Positions 49,789 through 59,062 of a stretch of DNA of 64,000 nucleotides are shown in pieces (the first letter of the stretch is position 1; each line of letters begins with the position of its first letter). The translations under genes and the position numbers were made by a program. Origin of the DNA: an uncultured delta proteobacterium (GTDB taxonomy: Bacteria; Desulfobacterota; Desulfomonilia; UBA1062); NCBI GenBank assembly GCA_963798485.1, contig CAWCTR010000008.1, forward strand, positions 160,001 to 224,000, in the 5' to 3' direction. The notes under the pieces are model-generated. The model was not told the origin of the DNA, searched no databases, and saw nothing but the letters and a program-made list of their open reading frames with translations.

Positions 49789-51456
49789 ATGAGAATGATA
49801 GTTGATCCGATCACCAGGATCGAAGGACATTTACGTATAGAAGTCGAGCTCGACGGGAACAACACCATTAAGGATGCCTGGAGCAGCATTACGTTGTGGA
49901 GGGGCATCGAGACGATCTTAAAGGGCAGGGACCCGCGCGATGCGCCTCTCATGGTGCAGCGTTTCTGCGGTGTGTGCACCTACGTGCATTACGAGGCGAG
50001 CATCATGGCGGTGGAAGACGCCATGGGCGTGAAGCCGCCCACCAATGCCAGGCTCGTGAGGAACCTCATCCATGCGGCCCTGTACATGACCGACCATGTC
50101 ATGCACTTCTATCACCTGCACGGACTCGACTGGGTGGACATCACCAAGGCCATCGTGGCGGACCCGGAAAAGGCGGTCGCACTGGCCAGGCAGTACAGTG
50201 ACAACCCCTACAACTGCTCTGCTACCCACTACAAGGCAGTCCAGAACCGGCTCAAGAAATATGTCGAATCAGGCAGGCTCGGGCCCTTTGCCAATGCTTA
50301 CTGGGGCAACCCGTCCTTCAAGCTTTCACCCGAGGCCAACCTCGTCATCGTGTCCCATTACCTGGACGCACTGCAGCTCTCCAAGCTCGGCGCGCAGATG
50401 ATGGCCATATTCGGCGGCAAGAACCCGCACCCGCAGACGCTCGTTGCCGGCGGTATCACGTCCGTCATGGACGTGCTCGATGCCGACAGGATCGCAGAGT
50501 ATCTCTTCAAGTATAAAGAATTCAAGAACTTCATCGAGACCGCATATCTGCCCGATGTCCTCCTGGCAGCAGGGACGTACAAAGACGAGGGCCTCGCCGG
50601 CGTGGGCGCAGGCGTGAAGAGCTACCTCTGCTACGGCGGATTCCCTCTGGATGATGAATATACAAAGACACTGCTTCCCAAGGGTCTTGTCATCGGCGGT
50701 GACATATCGAAGGCACTGCCTTTGGATGAAAGCAAGATCGCCGAGGACAGCACCCATTCATGGTATAAGGGCGATCAGCCCCTGCATCCCTATGTCGGAA
50801 GCACCGAGCCCGAATATACCGGCCTGGACGCAAAAGGCAACGTCAAGGGTGACGAGAAGTACACCTGGTGCAAGGCGCCGAACTATGACGGTAAGCCCTT
50901 CGAGGTCGGACCGCTCGCTCGCATGGTCGTCGGCTATGCCCAGGGCGATGAGAGGATCAAACCGCTGATCGACAACACGCTCAAGGCCACCGGTCTGCCG
51001 GCCACCGTGCTCTTCTCCACCCTGGGAAGGACCGCAGCCAGGTTGCTGGAGACCAAGCTTGTGGCAGACCATGCGGAAGTGTGGGTGGGTGAACTGGTCG
51101 CCAATATCAAGGCCGGCGATACCAGGACATGGACCCGCTGCGCAGTCCCCAAGAGCGGCAAGGGAAGGGGCCTCACCGAACCGCCTCGCGGCGCTCTGGG
51201 CCACTGGGTCGTTATCGAAGACCATGTAATAAAGAACTACCAGGCCATCGTTCCCTCCACCTGGAACTGCGCCCCGCGCAACAAGGACGGCAAGAGGGGC
51301 CCTTACGAGGAGTCCCTTATCGGCACCAAGCTTGCCAATCCGGATCAGCCGCTTGAGATCTTAAGGACGATTCACTCCTTCGATCCCTGCATGGCATGCG
51401 CGGTTCACATCATCAGGCCCGATACGGACGAAATCAAAAAGTTCCGGGTTCTGTAA
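49789..51456 (+). CDS. hydB: Group 1 [NiFe]-hydrogenase large subunit
   Basis: DPITRIEGH, QRFCGVC (L1), SFDPCMACAVH (L2) plus cleavable tail. Confidence 0.96.
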   Translation: MRMIVDPITRIEGHLRIEVELDGNNTIKDAWSSITLWRGIETILKGRDPRDAPLMVQRFCGVCTYVHYEASIMAVEDAMGVKPPTNARLVRNLIHAALYMTDHVMHFYHLHGLDWVDITKAIVADPEKAVALARQYSDNPYNCSATHYKAVQNRLKKYVESGRLGPFANAYWGNPSFKLSPEANLVIVSHYLDALQLSKLGAQMMAIFGGKNPHPQTLVAGGITSVMDVLDADRIAEYLFKYKEFKNFIETAYLPDVLLAAGTYKDEGLAGVGAGVKSYLCYGGFPLDDEYTKTLLPKGLVIGGDISKALPLDESKIAEDSTHSWYKGDQPLHPYVGSTEPEYTGLDAKGNVKGDEKYTWCKAPNYDGKPFEVGPLARMVVGYAQGDERIKPLIDNTLKATGLPATVLFSTLGRTAARLLETKLVADHAEVWVGELVANIKAGDTRTWTRCAVPKSGKGRGLTEPPRGALGHWVVIEDHVIKNYQAIVPSTWNCAPRNKDGKRGPYEESLIGTKLANPDQPLEILRTIHSFDPCMACAVHIIRPDTDEIKKFRVL

Positions 51457-51474
51457 AGACAAGGAGGGACCCAC

Positions 51475-52209
51475 GTGGATAATATAACAGTAAAAAAAGA
51501 GTGGAGCCTTGCTATCAGGGTGAACCACTGGCTGATGGTCATCTGCATATTTGGCTTGATCATCACGGGTTTCTACATCGCACGTCCCTTCAGCAATCTG
51601 TCGGCGGAGACCACGAATGTAACCTTCAACAGCCTCATCCCGCCTTCCATTTCGGTTGAGGTGGTAAAGGCCGAGACATACAACAAGTTTTTCATGGGCT
51701 ACACCCGCTATATACACCTCATATGCGGGATCATCCTCACCTTCGTGTTCATCTGGAGGGTGTATCTGATGTTCTTCAGCAGGTTCCATGCCGACTTCAA
51801 GGATTTCTTTGCATGGACCGACACAAAGAACTTCTGGACCCAGATCAAGTTCTACCTGCTCATCTCGGAGAAGAAGCCGGAGCATAACTACCTGTACGGC
51901 CCTCTCCAGTCGCTGGCATACGGCGGGCTTCTGCTCATGCTGGTGGTGCTTTTGATCACCGGGCTGATCCTTGCCGGCGTTGACTATTCGGGAGGCGTGA
52001 TCGGGTTTGCCTACATGATCCTCCATCCGATCCAGAAAGCCCTTGGCGGACTTGCAACAGTCAGGTTCATCCACCATATTTTCACCTGGCTTGTCATCCT
52101 GTTCGTCGTGGTACATATTTATATGGCGTTCTGGTATGACATCGTGTTTAAGGAAGGAACCATCTCATCCATGGTGAGCGGGAGGGTTTTCAGGAAGGCG
52201 CACGACTAA
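51475..52209 (+). CDS. hydC: Ni/Fe-hydrogenase b-type cytochrome subunit
   Basis: RVNHW, RYIH, YGPLQ, RFIHH, HIYM, ISSMVSG; GGAGG RBS. Confidence 0.93.
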   Translation: MDNITVKKEWSLAIRVNHWLMVICIFGLIITGFYIARPFSNLSAETTNVTFNSLIPPSISVEVVKAETYNKFFMGYTRYIHLICGIILTFVFIWRVYLMFFSRFHADFKDFFAWTDTKNFWTQIKFYLLISEKKPEHNYLYGPLQSLAYGGLLLMLVVLLITGLILAGVDYSGGVIGFAYMILHPIQKALGGLATVRFIHHIFTWLVILFVVVHIYMAFWYDIVFKEGTISSMVSGRVFRKAHD

Positions 52210-52250
52210 ACCTTTATGGGGTGGGCACACCCCTTTAGAGTATGATTTAC

Positions 52251-52282
52251 AAGGGGGAAAGGTTTTATGCCTTTCCCCTTTT
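52251..52282 (+). terminator. Intra-operon terminator-like hairpin
   Basis: AAGGGGGAAAGG...CCTTTCCCCTTTT. Confidence 0.65.
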
Positions 52283-52300
52283 ATGCACTAAAGAGACACC

Positions 52301-52792
52301 ATGAAAGAGCAAAAACAGATAACCGTCCTTGGCCTTGGAAGCATCATCCTGAAGGACGAGGGGTTCGGGGTCCACTTCATCAGATGGTTTTCTGAACGCT
52401 ATAACCTTGGTGCCGACGTACGCATCCTTGACGGCGGGACGCTCGGGTACCGGCTTTTGGACATCGTTACGAGCTCAAGCTGTCTGATCGTCGTGGACTG
52501 TATCAAGCTGGATGAGGATCCCGGAGCCATCTACCGGTTCACCCAAGACGAGATGAGGCTCAAAATGCCCGATCCGACAACGGCCCATGAGGTGGAGTTC
52601 CCTGACGTGCTGTCCATGGCGGACCTCATGGACGAGTGTCCGGAGGTTATCTTCCTGTGCATCGTGCCTGAAAGCTACGGCACCATGGAACTTCAGATGA
52701 CGCCCACGATGACAGCGGCTTTCCCCGCCATGGAAAGACTGCTGATCAAGGAGCTCCGGCAGCTCGGCATCGAACCGAAAAGGGTGAGCTGA
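52301..52792 (+). CDS. hydD: Hydrogenase maturation protease
   Basis: VLGLGS..LKDEGFG, DGGTLG, TAHE. Confidence 0.92.
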   Translation: MKEQKQITVLGLGSIILKDEGFGVHFIRWFSERYNLGADVRILDGGTLGYRLLDIVTSSSCLIVVDCIKLDEDPGAIYRFTQDEMRLKMPDPTTAHEVEFPDVLSMADLMDECPEVIFLCIVPESYGTMELQMTPTMTAAFPAMERLLIKELRQLGIEPKRVS

Positions 52793-53136
52793 TGCACGAG
52801 ATGTCGCTCACCGTTTCCATCATGGATATCATCTTTGAATACGCACGCAATAACCATTTCACCAAGGTTAATGCCGTAAAGCTCTCATTCGGCACGCTCT
52901 CCGGCATCGAACCAAAGGCATTGGAGTTCGCCTTCGAGGTGCTCTCCAAGGATACCCTGGCCCAAGGGGCGAAGCTTGAGTATGACATAGCGCCTATTAT
53001 CATTACATGCCTTGACTGCGGGAGGGACTCTGAAGTAGAAGAATTTCCTTCACTATGCCCTCTCTGCAAGGTTGAGGATGTCGTCCTGAAGGCAGGGACA
53101 CAGGATTTAAGGATCGTGGAGCTGGATGTAGACTAG
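52792..53136 (+). CDS. hypA: Nickel metallochaperone HypA
   Basis: MHEMS, CLDC...CPLC. Confidence 0.95.
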   Translation: MHEMSLTVSIMDIIFEYARNNHFTKVNAVKLSFGTLSGIEPKALEFAFEVLSKDTLAQGAKLEYDIAPIIITCLDCGRDSEVEEFPSLCPLCKVEDVVLKAGTQDLRIVELDVD

Positions 53137-53146
53137 GAGGCTTACT

Positions 53147-53368
53147 ATGTGCATCGGATTCCCCGGCAAGATCATGTGCATCGATGAGAATAATTATGCA
53201 ACAATCGATATCGGCGGCACCAAGCGGGAGGTGTGCCTGGACATCATCGACGAAGAGGTCGGCCTCGGCGACTATGTGCTGTGCCATGCAGGGTATGCCA
53301 TCCACAAGGTGGACGAAGACCTGGCCCAGGAAAAGCTCGCCTTGCTCAAGGAGCTTCTACAGGCATGA
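53147..53368 (+). CDS. hypC: Hydrogenase chaperone HypC
   Basis: MCIGFPGK...GDYVLCHAGYAI. Confidence 0.95.
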   Translation: MCIGFPGKIMCIDENNYATIDIGGTKREVCLDIIDEEVGLGDYVLCHAGYAIHKVDEDLAQEKLALLKELLQA

Positions 53369-54459
53369 AATATATTGACGAATACCGTGACGGGGCACTC
53401 GCCAAGGGCCTCAAGGACCTGATCCATACCCAGGCCTCTAAGATCGGCAGGCCGGTCACCCTCATGGAGGTTTGCGGCAGCCATACCTATGCCATCGGCC
53501 ACTACGGGATCAGGAAGCTGCTGCCCGAGAGCATCAGGCTCATCTCCGGGCCGGGCTGCCCTGTATGCGTGACCTCGTGCAGGGATGTGGACACGGCCAT
53601 GTCGCTTGCCCAGAAGAAGAACGTCATCTTCGTCACGTACGGTGATATGCTCCGCGTCCCCGGCTCAAACGCAAACGGGAGCAGCCTTCAGAAAATCAGG
53701 GCTGGGGGGGCTGATATCCGTGTCGTTGCCTCCACCCTTGAGGCAATCGAGATCGCTATCCATAATCCGGCCAATGATATCATCTTCATGGGCATCGGCT
53801 TCGAGACCACCTCGCCCACAGTGGCCTCCATGGTGAAGACCTGCCGGAGAAAAGCAATAAAAAACCTCTCGGTCTTTTCCGTGCATAAGGTCATCCCCCC
53901 TGCCATCAAGGTGCTTTTGGATGACCCTGAGCTTGCCATCGACGGCTTCATCTGCCCGGGGCACGTGAGCACCATCATCGGGTTCGACGGCTATTCGGAG
54001 ATCCCCCGGCGCGGCTGTGCGGCGGTCATCACCGGGTTCGAACCGGTGGACATACTTGAGGGGATCCACATGATCCTGGCCCAGATCGTTCAGGGCCGGT
54101 TCTTCGTTGAAAACCAGTACGGCAGGGCGGTAAAAGCTCAAGGCAACACCAAGGCTCAAGAGATGCTCAAAGAGGTCTTCATGAGTGTGCCTGCCGAATG
54201 GAGGGGGCTCGGGATTATCCAAGGCAGCGGTCTGGTCTTCAATGAAACCTTTTCCGCGTTCAATGCGCTGGCGAGGTTTGATGTGCCCATCATGGACTCC
54301 AGCGATATCATGGGATGCATGTGCGGCTCCATCCTGCGTGGTGTGGCTACACCCCACGAATGCCCGCTCTTCAGGCATGCATGCAATCCGGGCAACCCCA
54401 TCGGGCCGTGCATGGTATCCAGGGAGGGGACCTGCTCCACGTATTACAAGTGTCATTAA
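53365..54459 (+). CDS. hypD: Hydrogenase maturation protein HypD
   Basis: MEVCGSH, GPGCPVC, GFETT, PGHVS, GPCMVS.EG.C. Confidence 0.96.
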   Translation: MKYIDEYRDGALAKGLKDLIHTQASKIGRPVTLMEVCGSHTYAIGHYGIRKLLPESIRLISGPGCPVCVTSCRDVDTAMSLAQKKNVIFVTYGDMLRVPGSNANGSSLQKIRAGGADIRVVASTLEAIEIAIHNPANDIIFMGIGFETTSPTVASMVKTCRRKAIKNLSVFSVHKVIPPAIKVLLDDPELAIDGFICPGHVSTIIGFDGYSEIPRRGCAAVITGFEPVDILEGIHMILAQIVQGRFFVENQYGRAVKAQGNTKAQEMLKEVFMSVPAEWRGLGIIQGSGLVFNETFSAFNALARFDVPIMDSSDIMGCMCGSILRGVATPHECPLFRHACNPGNPIGPCMVSREGTCSTYYKCH

Positions 54460-54475
54460 CAAGAAGGAGGCAAAA

Positions 54476-55144
54476 GTGGCTACCATCAGTGTTGTGAAAC
54501 AGGTTCTTGATGCGAACGACAGGATTGCGGCAAGTAACAGAGGCCTGTTCGATGAGAAAGGCATATACGTCATCAACCTCATGAGCTCGCCGGGTGCGGG
54601 CAAGACCACACTTGTGGAGAGGACAATCGAAGGGCTCAAAGATAAATACAAGCTCGCCGTCATCGAGGGCGATATCCAGGATACCTATGATGCCGAGCGG
54701 GTGGCAAAGCTGGGTATCCCTGTCGTACAGATTAATACGCTCGGCGGGTGCCACATTGATGCCAACATGGTGCAGGAGGCCCTGGGCGACCTTGCACTTG
54801 ACGGCGTGGACCTGCTCATCAATGAGAACGTGGGCAACCTGGTGTGCCCGGCGGAGTTCAAGATCGGCGAGAACGCCAAGATCATGATCCTCTCCACACC
54901 GGAAGGGGCGGACAAGCCGTCCAAGTACCCGCTCATGTTCCACGAGTCATCCGTTCTTCTTATCAACAAGATGGACCTCATGCCCTATGTGAGCTTTGAC
55001 CTGAACAAGGCTAAGGCGGATTCCTTGAAGTGTAACCCGAGACTGAAGATCTTCGAGGTCTCCTGCAAGACGAACCAAGGGCTTGACTCATGGCTTGCGT
55101 GGATTACGGACCAGATCGAGCAGTACAAACAATCGCGTTCGTGA
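54476..55144 (+). CDS. hypB: Hydrogenase GTPase HypB
   Basis: SSPGAGKTT, GCH, ENVGNLVCPA, NKMD; GTG start after AAGGAGG. Confidence 0.95.
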   Translation: MATISVVKQVLDANDRIAASNRGLFDEKGIYVINLMSSPGAGKTTLVERTIEGLKDKYKLAVIEGDIQDTYDAERVAKLGIPVVQINTLGGCHIDANMVQEALGDLALDGVDLLINENVGNLVCPAEFKIGENAKIMILSTPEGADKPSKYPLMFHESSVLLINKMDLMPYVSFDLNKAKADSLKCNPRLKIFEVSCKTNQGLDSWLAWITDQIEQYKQSRS

Positions 55145-57414
55145 GAAAAAGGGTTCGCCACCGGTTCTCAGGTGTCGTCCAGGGGGTCGGCTTTAGGCCG
55201 TTTATCTACCGCCTTGCTGTAAGCAGCGGACTTGCCGGGATTGTGTACAATTCCACCGAGGGCGTGATCGTCGAGGTTGAAGGGGATCCGCAATCAATTG
55301 ATGCCTTTCTGTGGCGGGTCAGACAGGAAGTTCCCCCGCTGGCTGAGATATATGAAATCTTATCTTCCGAGATCCCAGCCCAGTGGGATGGCGAATTCCG
55401 CATCATTCGGAGCGCTGCAACCGGCACATCGGACGTGCAGATCTCCCCTGATATAGGCACATGTAATGACTGCCTGAAAGAACTCTTCGATCCGTCAGAC
55501 AGGCGCTATAAGTACCCCTTTATCAATTGCACCAACTGCGGACCAAGGCTCACCATTATCAAGGACATCCCTTACGACCGTGAGCGGACCTCCATGAGCG
55601 TCTTTCCCTTATGCGCACAGTGCAGAAAAGAGTATGAGGACCCTGCAAACAGGCGGTTCCATGCCGAGCCCAATGCCTGCCCTGTATGCGGGCCAAGCCT
55701 GACGCTTCTTGATGATAAAGGCAAGACGGTCCAGGTTCAAGATGTCTTGGCTGAAGCCACCACGCGCATAAAGGCCGGTTCCATTCTGGCCGTCAAGGGT
55801 CTGGGAGGGTTCCACCTGTGTGTGGATGCGGTGAATGACAAGGCGGTTCAAAGGCTGAGGGACTCTAAATTCCGCGAGGAAAAGCCCCTTGCCATTATGG
55901 TGAGAGACATCGAAAAGGCCGAGGCCGTTGCCTATGTATCCGACATGGAGAGGTCGCTGCTCACGAGCCCGTCCCGTCCCATCGTGCTGCTCAAGGCGAG
56001 GCAGGATTCACCCGTCTCATTGCTGGTGGCGCCTTCCATGAGCACGCTGGGTATCATGCTGCCCTATGCCCCGCTCCACCACCTGCTCCTGGAGGCGGAT
56101 TTCACCGCACTCGTCATGACGAGCGCCAACCAGACGGACGAGCCCATCTGTATCGATAATGACGAGGCGGTGAAACGGCTTACCGGAATTGCCGATGCCT
56201 TTCTTGTGCACAACAGGCAGATCGTTGTGCGCTGCGACGATTCGGTGGCCATGGTAGCCGGGGACAAGCCATATCTCCTCAGGCGCTCCCGGGGCTATGC
56301 CCCCAGGCCGGTACTGCTTTATGATGCGCTCCCTGATGTCCTTGCCGTTGGTCCTCACCTCAAGTCGACCATCTGTATCGTAAAAGGGGGCATGGCTTAC
56401 CTGAGCCCCCATATCGGAGACCTTCAGACCCCCCTTGCAAGGGACTTCCTGCATGAGACCATCGAACGCATGCAGCACATCACCCAGTGCAGGCCAAAGA
56501 TCGTGGCGTGCGATCTGCACCCGCGGTATTATTCAACCCGTATCGCCTCCACGCTCGGGGCCAGGGAGGTAATACGGGTCCAGCACCACCATGCGCATAT
56601 CGTGAGCTGTATGGCGGAGAACCGTATCACGGGCAAGGTCATCGGACTGGCCATGGACGGCACCGGCTACGGCGAGGATGGACGCATCTGGGGGGGCGAG
56701 TTCTTGATAGCGGACGAAACAGCCTTCGAGCGTGCAGGCCACCTGAGATACCTGCCGCTTTTGGGCGGTGAGGCAGCCATCAAGCAGCCGTGGCGCTTCG
56801 GCATAAGCCTTCTTAGGGAGGCCTTTGGCGACACGTGGCCCGATATAGCATCAAAGCTTGAGATAGTGCCGGAAGGATATTCATATGAGCATTTTAACAA
56901 GATCATGGATGCAGGCATGAACAGCCCGCTCACCTCAAGTCTGGGCAGGGTGTTCGACGGTGTGGCTGCGATTATCGATTTGAAACGTTCAGTCAGCTTT
57001 GAGGGCCAGGCGGCCATGGAACTGGAGGCCGCGGCCAAGCCCGGATCGGGAGACGTCCTTCCATACAAAATCTTCGAGGAGGGCGGGACATCGATCCTCG
57101 ACCTCATTCCGCTCGTGAAGGCCATTGTGGAGGCAAGGCTCGCCGGGATGGAGGCTGAGGGACTTGCCGGCGCATTTCATGCCACACTGATTGCCTCATT
57201 TATTGACATGGCCGGACTCCTGCGGGAACGTACGGGTATCTCACGCGTGGCCTTATCGGGCGGGTGTTTCCAGAACAGGATATTGCTTGAAGGGTGTGCT
57301 CATGAGCTTGAGCGGGGTGGCTTCGAGGTCTTTACCCACGGGAGAATCCCCGCCAACGACGGGGGCGTCGCCCTGGGCCAGGCAGTGATAGCAGGGACAA
57401 GGATGGCGCATTAA
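55141..57414 (+). CDS. hypF: Carbamoyltransferase HypF
   Basis: GVVQGVGFRPF, CTNCGPR, KGLGGFH, QHHHAH, DGTGYG, NDGG. Confidence 0.96.
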   Translation: MRKRVRHRFSGVVQGVGFRPFIYRLAVSSGLAGIVYNSTEGVIVEVEGDPQSIDAFLWRVRQEVPPLAEIYEILSSEIPAQWDGEFRIIRSAATGTSDVQISPDIGTCNDCLKELFDPSDRRYKYPFINCTNCGPRLTIIKDIPYDRERTSMSVFPLCAQCRKEYEDPANRRFHAEPNACPVCGPSLTLLDDKGKTVQVQDVLAEATTRIKAGSILAVKGLGGFHLCVDAVNDKAVQRLRDSKFREEKPLAIMVRDIEKAEAVAYVSDMERSLLTSPSRPIVLLKARQDSPVSLLVAPSMSTLGIMLPYAPLHHLLLEADFTALVMTSANQTDEPICIDNDEAVKRLTGIADAFLVHNRQIVVRCDDSVAMVAGDKPYLLRRSRGYAPRPVLLYDALPDVLAVGPHLKSTICIVKGGMAYLSPHIGDLQTPLARDFLHETIERMQHITQCRPKIVACDLHPRYYSTRIASTLGAREVIRVQHHHAHIVSCMAENRITGKVIGLAMDGTGYGEDGRIWGGEFLIADETAFERAGHLRYLPLLGGEAAIKQPWRFGISLLREAFGDTWPDIASKLEIVPEGYSYEHFNKIMDAGMNSPLTSSLGRVFDGVAAIIDLKRSVSFEGQAAMELEAAAKPGSGDVLPYKIFEEGGTSILDLIPLVKAIVEARLAGMEAEGLAGAFHATLIASFIDMAGLLRERTGISRVALSGGCFQNRILLEGCAHELERGGFEVFTHGRIPANDGGVALGQAVIAGTRMAH

Positions 57415-57415
57415 T

Positions 57416-57467
57416 TGTAGGGGCGGCTTTAGCCGCGATAGAAATCGCGGCTAAAGCCGCCCCTACA
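57416..57467. repeat. Perfect 24-bp inverted GTAG-type REP doublet between hypF and hypE
   Basis: TGTAGGGGCGGCTTTAGCCGCGAT-AGAA-ATCGCGGCTAAAGCCGCCCCTACA. Confidence 0.85.
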
Positions 57468-57494
57468 GCTATAATATTGAAAGGGGCATAGGCA

Positions 57495-58505
57495 ATGAAG
57501 GAAGACAGAATACTCCTTGAGCACGGCAGCGGAGGGATGCTCATGAATTCTTTGATTCATGACGTCTTCATGCCGGTGTTCAAAAATGAATACCTCGACC
57601 AGTTGGGGGACAGTGCGGTTGTCACCATAGGGAATAAGAAGGTCTGCTTCACTACGGATTCCTACGTGGTAGACCCCATCTTCTTTCCCGGCGGCGATAT
57701 CGGGTCGCTTTCGATCCGCGGCACGGTGAACGATATCGCCATGTGCGGCGGCAAGCCACTCTATATCAGCGTTGGTCTCATCATGGAAGAGGGTTTCCCC
57801 TTGGGCGATCTTGAAAGGATCGTAGCATCAATGGGCGATGCCGCACAGGCGGCAGGTGTCCGGATCGTCACCGGGGACACCAAGGTGGTGCCCAAGGGCT
57901 CGGCCGACAAGATCTTTATCAATACCGCAGGCTTAGGGATTGTGGAATATAAGGCCGTCATTGCTCCAAAATCCATCGAGAAGCACGATGTGATCATCGT
58001 GAGCGGCACTATCGGCGATCACGGTGCAGCCATCCTGTCCACCAGAGGTGACCTTGGCTTCAGGTCGAACATCCTCTCGGACTGTGCCGCACTGAACGGC
58101 CTGGTGGAGGCGATCCTGCATGCAAGCAAGCGCGTGCGGTTCATGCGTGATGCCACCAGGGGAGGGCTCGGTGCTGTCCTGGTGGAGGCGGCTTCAGCCG
58201 CGGCGCTTACCTTTGAGATCGAAGAGCGGATGATCCCGGTGAGGGACGATGTGAGGGGGCTGTGCGAGATCCTGGGGCTTGACCCCCTATTCATTGCCAA
58301 CGAGGGCAAGATGGTGGTTGTCTGTGCCGCCCCCGACGCAGACAAGGTACTCTCGGTGATGAAGGCCCATCCTCTAGGGGCCGGTGCTGCGGTAATCGGC
58401 CGTGTTACTGAGACTAGGAGAAGCCGGGTCATCCTGAATACCGTTATCAACGGATCGAGGGAGCTGGATCTCCCTGAAGGGGAGCTGATACCACGCATCT
58501 GCTGA
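57495..58505 (+). CDS. hypE: Hydrogenase maturation protein HypE
   Basis: HGSGG, TTDSYVV, GDTKVV, RDATRGG, terminal PRIC. Confidence 0.96.
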   Translation: MKEDRILLEHGSGGMLMNSLIHDVFMPVFKNEYLDQLGDSAVVTIGNKKVCFTTDSYVVDPIFFPGGDIGSLSIRGTVNDIAMCGGKPLYISVGLIMEEGFPLGDLERIVASMGDAAQAAGVRIVTGDTKVVPKGSADKIFINTAGLGIVEYKAVIAPKSIEKHDVIIVSGTIGDHGAAILSTRGDLGFRSNILSDCAALNGLVEAILHASKRVRFMRDATRGGLGAVLVEAASAAALTFEIEERMIPVRDDVRGLCEILGLDPLFIANEGKMVVVCAAPDADKVLSVMKAHPLGAGAAVIGRVTETRRSRVILNTVINGSRELDLPEGELIPRIC

Positions 58506-58649
58506 GAGGGTCTAACTTTTAAGAAAGATGTCTCTAAATATTTTACCCCTCTTTTTCCGAAGAGTAGACTTAAGAAAGGCAGGATCTTGACTTGCAATCA
58601 ACTGATCCTATAAAGGTATTAGTCACTTATTAAAGAAAGAGGGTTACAA

Positions 58650-59051
58650 ATGTTTAATTTGAGATTTCAAGAGGCTATAGGCCTGCTCCTGGGGCCGGAC
58701 GCCAATGAGGAGAGGCTGGGGGTGTGTTATCCTGCCCTTGATGTGTTTGAGAACTCGGAAGGATTATGCATCGAGGTAGAGATTCCCGGCGTAAACCCTG
58801 ATGATGTGAATGTTGAGGTGATCGGCAGGACCCTGATAATTACCGGCATGAAAAAGGATGTCCTGTCCAATAAAGGTGTCCGTTACATAAGGATGGAGCG
58901 GGGATTCGGGAAATTTTCCCGGGAGCTGGATATTCCCGAGCGGTTCAACCTGGAGAAGATAGAGGCCAGGTTCATGGACGGGGTCTTAAAGATCAGGATT
59001 GCCAAGGGCGAAGACGGGGCTAAGAAGATCAAGCGAATAGAGATTGCTTAG
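58650..59051 (+). CDS. Hsp20/alpha-crystallin small heat shock protein
   Basis: PALDVFE, EIPGV, ERGFGKFSR, DGVLKIRI. Confidence 0.92.
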   Translation: MFNLRFQEAIGLLLGPDANEERLGVCYPALDVFENSEGLCIEVEIPGVNPDDVNVEVIGRTLIITGMKKDVLSNKGVRYIRMERGFGKFSRELDIPERFNLEKIEARFMDGVLKIRIAKGEDGAKKIKRIEIA

Positions 59052-59062
59052 GAGATAAATGA

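Noticed and set aside
51375-51410. [NiFeSe] hydrogenase, given apparent Sec usage
   Set aside because: The L2 motif is DPCMAC with TGC codons; there is no UGA.
58619-58648. CIRCE element upstream of hsp20-lon
   Set aside because: TTAGTCACTT...GAGGGTTAC needs an insertion and several mismatches to fit TTAGCACTC-N9-GAGTGCTAA.
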